From assembly GCA_964057225.1 (NCBI GenBank), contig OZ059900.1, forward strand, positions 19,158,001 to 19,222,000: a stretch of 64,000 nucleotides of DNA. Direction: 5' to 3'. The stretch is from Auanema rhodensis. Its lineage: Eukaryota > Animalia > Nematoda. The position numbers and the translations under genes are program-made. The notes below the pieces were generated by a model. The model had not been told where the DNA came from. It saw only the letters and a list, made by a program, of their open reading frames with translations, and did no database searches. This document shows positions 53,651 through 64,000 of this stretch, in pieces. Numbering within the stretch: position 1 is the first letter of the stretch; each line of letters begins with the position of its first letter.

Positions 53651-56600
53651 CCATGAGAAATATTTTATCATGCTGGAAAACCAGTTTTTGGAAATTTCGC
53701 TGTAAACAAGGTTTTGACTTACGATTTCATGTGTTCAAACTCATGCAATGTCAATGAAACCTAGCTCAAAATTGTTCGTACAACGTCTAGTTCCACTTTC
53801 ACGACAAAAAAACAGGGGTTAGAAAATTAAGGAAATTAGCATATTCTGAGGGCACGCCCCTTATGGCTAATATTGATTAAATCGATTTTTGTTCATATGA
53901 GTCGTCAAATGCAACGAATTTCAGCGTGTTACAAACTAAAATGAAGCATTTTACATGCTGAACACTAGAAAAATACAAAAACACAGTATTTCCCATGAGA
54001 AATATTTTATTATGCTGGAAAACCAGTTTTTGGAAATTTCGCTGTAAACAAGGTTTTGACTTACGATTTCATGTGTTCAAACTCATGCAATGTCAATGAA
54101 ACCTAGCTCAAAATTGTTCGTACAACGTCTAGTTCCACTTTCACGACAAAAAAACAGGGGTTAGAAAATTAAGGAAATTAGCATATTCTGAGGGCACGCC
54201 CCTTATGGCTAATATTGATTAAATCGATTTTTGTTCATATGAGTCGTCAAATGCAACGAATTTCAGCGTGTTACATACTAAAATGAAGCATTTTACATGC
54301 TGAACACTAGAAAAATACAAAAACACAGTATTTCCCATGAGAAATATTTTATCATGCTGGAAAACCAGTTTTTGGAAATTTCGCTGTAAACAAGGTTTTG
54401 ACTTACGATTTCATGTGTTCAAACTCATGCAATGTCAATGAAACCTAGCTCAAAATTGTTCGTACAACGTCTAGTTCCACTTTCACGACAAAAAAACAGG
54501 GGTTAGAAAATTAAGGAAATTAGCATATTCTGAGGGCACGCCCCTTATGGCTAATATTGATTAAATCGATTTTTGTTCATATGAGTCGTCAAATGCAACG
54601 AATTTCAGCGTGTTACACATTAAAATGAAGCATTTTACATGCTGAACACTAGAAAAATACAAAAACACAGTATTTCCCATGAGAAATATTTTATCATGCT
54701 GGAAAACCAGTTTTTGGAAATTTCGCTGTAAACAAGGTTTTGACTTACGATTTCATGTGTTCAAACTCATGCAATGTCAATGAAACCTAGCTCAAAATTG
54801 TTTGTACAACGTCTAGTTCCACTTTCACGACAAAAAAACAGGGGTTAGAAAATTAAGGAAATTAGCATATTCTGAGGGCACGCCCCTTATGGCTAATATT
54901 GATTAAATCGATTTTTGTTCATATGAGTCGTCAAATGCAACGAATTTCAGCGTGTTACAAACTAAAATGAAGCATTTTACATGCTGAACACTAGAAAAAT
55001 ACAAAAACACAGTGTTTCCCATGAGAAATATTTTATTATGCTGGAAAACCAGTTTTTGGAAATTTCGCTGTAAACAAGGTTTTGACTTACGATTTCATGT
55101 GTTCAAACTCATGCAACGTCAATGAAACCTAGCTCAAAATTGTTCGTACAGCGTCTAGTTCCACTTTCACGACAAAAAAACAGGGGTTAGAAAATTAAGG
55201 AAATTAGCATATTCTGAGGGCACGCCCCTTATGGCTAATATTGATTAAATCGATTTTTGTTCATATGAGTCGTCAAATGCAACGAATTTCAGCGTGTTAC
55301 ATACTAAAATGAAGCATTTTACATGCTGAACACTAGAAAAATACAAAAACACAGTATTTCCCATGAGAAATATTTTATTATGCTGGAAAACCAGTTTTTG
55401 GAAATTTCGCTGTAAACAAGGTTTTGACTTACGATTTCATGTGTTCAAACTCATGCAATGTCAATGAAACCTAGCTCAAAATTGTTCGTACAACGTCTAG
55501 TTCCACTTTCACGACAAAAAAACAGGGGTTAGAAAATTAAGGAAATTAGCATATTCTGAGGGCACGCCCCTTATGGCTAATATTGATTAAATCGATTTTT
55601 GTTCATATGAGTCGTCAAATGCAACGAATTTCAGCGTGTTACATACTAAAATGAAGCATTTTACATGCTGAACACTAGAAAAATACAAAAACACAGTATT
55701 TCCCATGAGAAATATTTTATTATGCTGGAAAACCAGTTTTTGGAAATTTCGCTGTAAACAAGGTTTTGACTTACGATTTCATGTGTTCAAACTCATGCAA
55801 TGTCAATGAAACCTAGCTCAAAATTGTTCGTACAACGTCTAGTTCCACTTTCACGACAAAAAAACAGGGGTTAGAAAATTAAGGAAATTAGCATATTCTG
55901 AGGGCACGCCCCTTATGGCTAATATTGATTAAATCGATTTTTGTTCATATGAGTCGTCAAATGCAACGAATTTCAGCGTGTTACATACTAAAATGAAGCA
56001 TTTTACATGCTGAACACTAGAAGAATACAAAAACACAGTATTTCCCATGAGAAATATTTTATTATGCTGGAAAACCAGTTTTTGGAAATTTCGCTGTAAA
56101 CAAGGTTTTGACTTACGATTTCATGTGTTCAAACTCATGCAATGTCAATGAAACCTAGCTCAAAATTGTTCGTACAACGTCTAGTTCCACTTTCACGACA
56201 AAAAAACAGGGGTTAGAAAATTAAGGAAATTAGCATATTCTGAGGGCACGCCCCTTATGGCTAATATTGATTAAATCGATTTTTGTTCATATGAGTCGTC
56301 AAATGCAACGAATTTCAGCGTGTTACATACTAAAATGAAGCATTTTACATGCTGAACACTAGAAAAATACAAAAACACAGTATTTCCCATGAGAAATATT
56401 TTATTATGCTGGAAAACCAGTTTTTGGAAATTTCGCTGTAAACAAGGTTTTGACTTACAATTTCATGTGTTCAAACTCATGCAATGTCAATGAAACCTAG
56501 CTCAAAATTGTTCGTACAACGTCTAGTTCCACTTTCACGACAAAAAAACAGGGGTTAGAAAATTAAAAAAATTAGCATATTCTGAGGGCACGCCCCTTAT

Positions 56601-58939
56601 GGCTAATATTGATTAAATCGATTTTTGTTCATATGAGTCGTCAAATGCAACGAATTTCAGCGTGTTACATACTAAAATGAAGCATTTTACATGCTGAACA
56701 CTAGAAAAATACAAAAACACAGTATTTCCCATGAGAAATATTTTATTATGCTGGAAAACCAGTTTTTGGAAATTTCGCTGTAAACAAGGTTTTGACTTAC
56801 GATTTCATGTGTTCAAACTCATGCAATGTCAATGAAACCTAGCTCAAAATTGTTCGTACAACGTCTAGTTCCACTTTCACGACAAAAAAACAGGGGTTAG
56901 AAAATTAAGGAAATTAGCATATTCTGAGGGCACGCCCCTTATGGCTAATATTGATTAAATCGATTTTTGTTCATATGAGTCGTCAAATGCAACGAATTTC
57001 ATCGTGTTACATACTAAAATGAAGCATTTCACATGCTGAACACTAGAAAAATACAAAAACACAGTATTTCCCATGAGAAATATTTTATCATGCTGGAAAA
57101 CCAGTTTTTGGAAATTTCGCTGTAAACAAGGTTTTGACTTACGATTTCATATGTTCAAACTCATGCAATGTCAATGAAACCTAGCTCAAAATTGTTTGTA
57201 CAACGTCTAGTTCCACTTTCACGACAAAAAAACAAGGGTTAGAAAATTAAGGAAATTAGCATATTCTGAGGGCACGCCCCTTATGGCTAATATTGATTAA
57301 ATCGATTTTTGTTCATATGAGTCGTCAAATGCAACGAATTTCAGCGTGTTACAAACTAAAATGAAGCATTTTACATGCTGAACACTAGAAAAATACAAAA
57401 ACACAGTGTTTCCCATGAGAAATATTTTATTATGCTGGAAAACCAGTTTTTGGAAATTTCGCTGTAAACAAGGTTTTGACTTACGATTTCATGTGTTCAA
57501 ACTCATGCAATGTCAATGAAACCTAGCTCAAAATTGTTCGTACAGCGTCTAGTTCCACTTTCACGACAAAAAAACAGGGGTTAGAAAATTAAGGAAATTA
57601 GCATATTCTGAGGGCACGCCCCTTATGGCTAATATTGATTAAATCGATTTTTGTTCATATGAGTCGTCAAATGCAACGAATTTCAGCGTGTTACATACTA
57701 AAATGAAGCATTTTACATGCTGAACACTAGAAAAATACAAAAACACAGTATTTCCCATGAGAAATATTTTATTATGCTGGAAAACCAGTTTTTGGAAATT
57801 TCGCTGTAAACAAGGTTTTGACTTACGATTTCATGTGTTCAAACTCATGCAATGTCAATGAAACCTAGCTCAAAATTGTTCGTACAACGTCTAGTTCCAC
57901 TTTCACGACAAAAAAACAGGGGTTAGAAAATTAAGGAAATTAGCATATTCTGAGGGCACGCCCCTTATGGCTAATATTGATTAAATCGATTTTTGTTCAT
58001 ATGAGTCGTCAAATGCAACGAATTTCAGCGTGTTACATACTAAAATGAAGCATTTTACATGCTGAACACTAGAAAAATACAAAAACACAGTATTTCCCAT
58101 GAGAAATATTTTATTATGCTGGAAAACCAGTTTTTGGAAATTTCGCTGTAAACAAGGTTTTGACTTACGATTTCATGTGTTCAAACTCATGCAATGTCAA
58201 TGAAACCTAGCTCAAAATTGTTCGTACAACGTCTAGTTCCACTTTCACGACAAAAAAACAGGGGTTAGAAAATTAAGGAAATTAGCATATTCTGAGGGCA
58301 CGCCCCTTATGGCTAATATTGATTAAATCGATTTTTGTTCATATGAGTCATCAAATGCAACGAATTTCATCGTGTTACATACTAAAATGAAGCATTTTAC
58401 ATGCTGAACACTAGAAAAATACAAAAACACAGTATTTCCCATGAGAAATATTTTATCATGCTGGAAAACCAGTTTTTGGAAATTTCGCTGTAAACAAGGT
58501 TTTGACTTACGATTTCATATGTTCAAACTCATGCAATGTCAATGAAACCTAGCTCAAAATTGTTTGTACAACGTCTAGTTCCACTTTCACGACAAAAAAA
58601 CAAGGGTTAGAAAATTAAGGAAATTAGCATATTCTGAGGGCACGCCCCTTATGGCTAATATTGATTAAATCGATTTTTGTTCATATGAGTCGTCAAATGC
58701 AACGAATTTCAGCGTGTTACATACTAAAATGAAGCATTTTACATGCTGAACACTAGAAGAATACAAAAACACAGTATTTCCCATGAGAAATATTTTATTA
58801 TGCTGGAAAACCAGTTTTTGGAAATTTCGCTGTAAACAAGGTTTTGACTTACGATTTCATGTGTTCAAACTCATGCAATGTCAATGAAACCTAGCTCAAA
58901 ATTGTTCGTACAACGTCTAGTTCCACTTTCACGACAAAA

Positions 58940-61900
58940 AAACAGGGGTTAGAAAATTAAGGAAATTAGCATATTCTGAGGGCACGCCCCTTATGGCTAA
59001 TATTGATTAAATCGATTTTTGTTCATATGAGTCGTCAAATGCAACGAATTTCAGCGTGTTACATACTAAAATGAAGCATTTTACATGCTGAACACTAGAA
59101 AAATACAAAAACACAGTATTTCCCATGAGAAATATTTTATTATGCTGGAAAACCAGTTTTTGGAAATTTCGCTGTAAACAAGGTTTTGACTTACGATTTC
59201 ATGTGTTCAAACTCATGCAATGTCAATGAAACCTAGCTCAAAATTGTTCGTACAACGTCTAGTTCCACTTTCACGACAAAAAAACAGGGGTTAGAAAATT
59301 AAAAAAATTAGCATATTCTGAGGGCACGCCCCTTATGGCTAATATTGATTAAATCGATTTTTGTTCATATGAGTCGTCAAATGCAACGAATTTCAGCGTG
59401 TTACATACTAAAACGAAGCATTTTACATGCTGAACACTAGAAAAATACAAAAACACAGTATTTCCCATGAGAAATATTTTATTATGCTGGAAAACCAGTT
59501 TTTGGAAATTTCGCTGTAAACAAGGTTTTGACTTACGATTTCATGTGTTCAAACTCATGCAATGTCAATGAAACCTAGCTCAAAATTGTTCGTACAACGT
59601 CTAGTTCCACTTTCACGACAAAAAAACAGGGGTTAGAAAATTAAGGAAATTAGCATATTCTGAGGGCACGCCCCTTATGGCTAATATTGATTAAATCGAT
59701 TTTTGTTCATATGAGTCGTCAAATGCAACGAATTTCAGCGTGTTACATACTAAAATGAAGCATTTTACATGCTGAACACTAGAAAAATACAAAAACACAG
59801 TATTTCCCATGAGAAATATTTTATTATGCTGGAAAACCAGTTTTTGGAAATTTCGCTGTAAACAAGGTTTTGACTTACGATTTCATGTGTTCAAACTCAT
59901 GCAATGTCAATGAAACCTAGCTCAAAATTGTTCGTACAACGTCTAGTTCCACTTTCACGACAAAAAAACAGGGGTTAGAAAATTAAGGAAATTAGCATAT
60001 TCTGAGGGCACGCCCCTTATGGCTAATATTGATTAAATCGATTTTTGTTCATATGAGTCGTCAAATGCAACGAATTTCAGCGTGTTACATACTAAAATGA
60101 AGCATTTTACATGCTGAACACTAGAAGAATACAAAAACACAGTATTTCCCATGAGAAATATTTTATTATGCTGGAAAACCAGTTTTTGGAAATTTCGCTG
60201 TAAACAAGGTTTTGACTTACGATTTCATGTGTTCAAACTCATGCAATGTCAATGAAACCTAGCTCAAAATTGTTCGTACAACGTCTAGTTCCACTTTCAC
60301 GACAAAAAAACAGGGGTTAGAAAATTAAGGAAATTAGCATATTCTGAGGGCACGCCCCTTATGGCTAATATTGATTAAATCGATTTTTGTTCATATGAGT
60401 CGTCAAATGCAACGAATTTCAGCGTGTTACACACTAAAATGAAGCATTTCACATGCTGAACACTAGAAGAATACAAAAACACAGTATTTCCCATGAGAAA
60501 TATTTTATTATGCTGGAAAACCAGTTTTTCGAAATTTCGCTGTAAACAAGGTTTTGACTTACGATTTCATGTGTTCAAACTCATGCAATGTCAATGAAAC
60601 CTAGCTCAAAATTGTTCGTACAACGTCTAGTTCCACTTTCACGACAAAAAAACAGGGGTTAGAAAATTAAGGAAATTAGCATATTCTGAGGGCACGCCCC
60701 TTATGGCTAATATTGATTAAATCGATTTTTGTTCATATGAGTCGTCAAATGCAACGAATTTCAGCGTGTTACATACTAAAATGAAGCATTTTACATGCTG
60801 AACACTAGAAAAATACAAAAACACAGTATTTCCCATGAGAAATATTTTATCATGCTGGAAAACCAGTTTTTGGAAATTTCGCTGTAAACAAGGTTTTGAC
60901 TTACGATTTCATGTGTTCAAACTCATGCAATGTCAATGAAACCTAGCTCAAAATTGTTTGTACAACGTCTAGTTCCACTTTCACGACAAAAAAACAAGGG
61001 TTAGAAAATTAAGGAAATTAGCATATTCTGAGGGCACGCCCCTTATGGCTAATATTGATTAATTCGATTTTTGTTCATATGAGTCGTCAAATGCAACGAA
61101 TTTCAGCGTGTTACATACTAAAATGAAGCATTTTACATGCTGAACACTGGAAAAATACAAAAACACAGTATTTCCCATGAGAAATATTTTATTATGCTGG
61201 AAAACCAGTTTTTGGAAATTTCGCTGTAAACAAGGTTTTGACTTACGATTTCATGTGTTCAAACTCATGCAATGTCAATGAAACCTAGCTCAAAATTGTT
61301 CGTACAACGTCTAGTTCCACTTTCACGACAAAAAAACAGGGGTTAGAAAATTAAGGAAATTAGCATATTCTGAGGGCACGCCCCTTATGGCTAATATTGA
61401 TTAAATCGATTTTTGTTCATATGAGTCGTCAAATGCAACGAATTTCAGCGTGTTACATACTAAAATGAAGCATTTTACATGCTGAACACTAGAAAAATAC
61501 AAAAACACAGTATTTCCCATGAGAAATATTTTATTATGCTGGAAAACCAGTTTTTGGAAATTTCGCTGTAAACAAGGTTTTGACTTACGATTTCATGTGT
61601 TCAAACTCATGCAATGTCAATGAAACCTAGCTCAAAATTGTTCGTACAACGTCTAGTTCCACTTTCACGACAAAAAAACAGGGGTTAGAAAATTAAAAAA
61701 ATTAGCATATTCTGAGGGCACGCCCCTTATGGCTAATATTGATTAAATCGATTTTTGTTCATATGAGTCGTCAAATGCAACGAATTTCAGCGTGTTACAT
61801 ACTAAAACGAAGCATTTTACATGCTGAACACTAGAAAAATACAAAAACACAGTATTTCCCATGAGAAATATTTTATTATGCTGGAAAACCAGTTTTTGGA

Positions 61901-63640
61901 AATTTCGCTGTAAACAAGGTTTTGACTTACGATTTCATGTGTTCAAACTCATGCAATGTCAATGAAACCTAGCTCAAAATTGTTCGTACAACGTCTAGTT
62001 CCACTTTCACGACAAAAAAACAGGGGTTAGAAAATTAAGGAAATTAGCATATTCTGAGGGCACGCCCCTTATGGCTAATATTGATTAAATCGATTTTTGT
62101 TCATATGAGTCGTCAAATGCAACGAATTTCAGCGTGTTACATACTAAAATGAAGCATTTTACATGCTGAACACTAGAAAAATACAAAAACACAGTATTTC
62201 CCATGAGAAATATTTTATTATGCTGGAAAACCAGTTTTTGGAAATTTCGCTGTAAACAAGGTTTTGACTTACGATTTCATGTGTTCAAACTCATGCAATG
62301 TCAATGAAACCTAGCTCAAAATTGTTCGTACAACGTCTAGTTCCACTTTCACGACAAAAAAACAGGGGTTAGAAAATTAAGGAAATTAGCATATTCTGAG
62401 GGCACGCCCCTTATGGCTAATATTGATTAAATCGATTTTTGTTCATATGAGTCGTCAAATGCAACGAATTTCAGCGTGTTACATACTAAAATGAAGCATT
62501 TTACATGCTGAACACTAGAAGAATACAAAAACACAGTATTTCCCATGAGAAATATTTTATTATGCTGGAAAACCAGTTTTTGGAAATTTCGCTGTAAACA
62601 AGGTTTTGACTTACGATTTCATGTGTTCAAACTCATGCAATGTCAATGAAACCTAGCTCAAAATTGTTCGTACAACGTCTAGTTCCACTTTCACGACAAA
62701 AAAACAGGGGTTAGAAAATTAAGGAAATTAGCATATTCTGAGGGCACGCCCCTTATGGCTAATATTGATTAAATCGATTTTTGTTCATATGAGTCGTCAA
62801 ATGCAACGAATTTCAGCGTGTTACACACTAAAATGAAGCATTTCACATGCTGAACACTAGAAGAATACAAAAACACAGTATTTCCCATGAGAAATATTTT
62901 ATTATGCTGGAAAACCAGTTTTTCGAAATTTCGCTGTAAACAAGGTTTTGACTTACGATTTCATGTGTTCAAACTCATGCAATGTCAATGAAACCTAGCT
63001 CAAAATTGTTCGTACAACGTCTAGTTCCACTTTCACGACAAAAAAACAGGGGTTAGAAAATTAAGGAAATTAGCATATTCTGAGGGCACGCCCCTTATGG
63101 CTAATATTGATTAAATCGATTTTTGTTCATATGAGTCGTCAAATGCAACGAATTTCAGCGTGTTACATACTAAAATGAAGCATTTTACATGCTGAACACT
63201 AGAAAAATACAAAAACACAGTATTTCCCATGAGAAATATTTTATCATGCTGGAAAACCAGTTTTTGGAAATTTCGCTGTAAACAAGGTTTTGACTTACGA
63301 TTTCATGTGTTCAAACTCATGCAATGTCAATGAAACCTAGCTCAAAATTGTTTGTACAACGTCTAGTTCCACTTTCACGACAAAAAAACAAGGGTTAGAA
63401 AATTAAGGAAATTAGCATATTCTGAGGGCACGCCCCTTATGGCTAATATTGATTAATTCGATTTTTGTTCATATGAGGCGTCAAATGCAACGAATTTCAG
63501 CGTGTTACATACTAAAATGAAGCATTTTACATGCTGAACACTAGAAAAATACAAAAACACAGTATTTCCCATGAGAAATATTTTATTATGCTGGAAAACC
63601 AGTTTTTGGAAATTTCGCTGTAAACAAGGTTTTGACTTAC
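58940..63640 (+). repeat. 7-monomer tandem duplication (copy-2 counterpart of 35000-39700)
   Basis: GG>AA (59303/61697) and AAAACG (59414/61808) are 2394 bp apart. Confidence 0.85.
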
Positions 63641-64000
63641 GATTTCATGTGTTCAAACTCATGCAATGTCAATGAAACCTAGCTCAAAATTGTTCGTACA
63701 ACGTCTAGTTCCACTTTCACGACAAAAAAACAGGGGTTAGAAAATTAAGGAAATTAGCATATTCTGAGGGCACGCCCCTTATGGCTAATATTGATTAAAT
63801 CGATTTTTGTTCATATGAGTCGTCAAATGCAACGAATTTCAGCGTGTTACATACTAAAATGAAGCATTTTACATGCTGAACACTAGAAAAATACAAAAAC
63901 ACAGTATTTCCCATGAGAAATATTTTATCATGCTGGAAAACCAGTTTTTGGAAATTTCGCTGTAAACAAGGTTTTGACTTACGATTTCATGTGTTCAAAC

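Larger units (their letters stand above)
1..64000. repeat. Tandem satellite DNA array, 342-bp monomer, ~187 head-to-tail copies; extends beyond both window edges
   Basis: ATTTCGCTGTAAACAAGG recurs at 1, 343, 685 and so on. Lines 3421, 6841 and 10261 begin exactly like line 1 (3420 = 10 x 342). The phase shifts only at five 1-bp indels (+T at 14495 and 15864; -1 near 21843, 42362 and 47833). No non-satellite sequence was seen. Confidence 0.99.
44990..64000 (+). repeat. Large duplicated block, copy 2 (runs off the window end)
   Basis: Matching rare variants at 45383, 45564, 46027, 47833 deletion, 47998, 48558, 50431, 52150, 55151, 56567, 57002, 57545, 58350, 59414, 61149 and 63478. Confidence 0.93.

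Noticed and set aside
1-64000. Giant repetitive ORF, since 342 is divisible by 3 (114 codons)
   Set aside because: All six frames are closed in each monomer. Plus strand: TAA at 10-12, TGA at 62-64, TAG at 69-71. Minus-strand stops correspond to TTA 26-28, TCA 34-36 and TCA 42-44.
1-64000. CRISPR array or variable-cassette array
   Set aside because: There are no unique spacers or cassettes. The whole 342 bp repeats with only point differences, and no cas or recombinase genes are present.
1-64000. Inversions or transposon insertions within the array
   Set aside because: Orientation and phase are continuous throughout. All phase shifts are explained by five 1-bp indels.
1-64000. Purely artefactual array (collapsed assembly or rolling-circle concatemer)
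   Set aside because: Variants are shared in linked, hierarchically nested patterns with copy-specific differences, unlike random read error or identical concatemers. Local misassembly still cannot be excluded without reads.

Overview
The whole 64-kb window is one uninterrupted head-to-tail tandem array of an AT-rich (about 34% GC by hand count) 342-bp monomer, about 187 copies, all in one orientation. Copies typically differ from the consensus at only a few positions. This is typical eukaryotic satellite DNA, plausibly centromeric or pericentromeric, but I cannot assign the organism or a named family from the sequence alone. There are no genes: all six reading frames have a stop codon in every monomer. 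I see no RNA genes, transposon insertions, CRISPR spacers or strand switches. The information lies in rare variants, which record nested duplications. A very recent block duplication of at least 19 kb pairs about 19.0-40.1 kb with 45.0-64.0 kb (offset 76, then 70, monomers). There are also local 3-, 4-, 6-, 7- and 8-monomer duplications, a distinct haplotype domain in the first ~10-12 kb, and a more diverged patch at 17.3-18.9 kb. The monomer is rich in dyad symmetries and A/T tracts and may derive from an older ~57-bp subrepeat. I found no evidence of a novel gene-encoded system. All coordinates and counts were read by hand.
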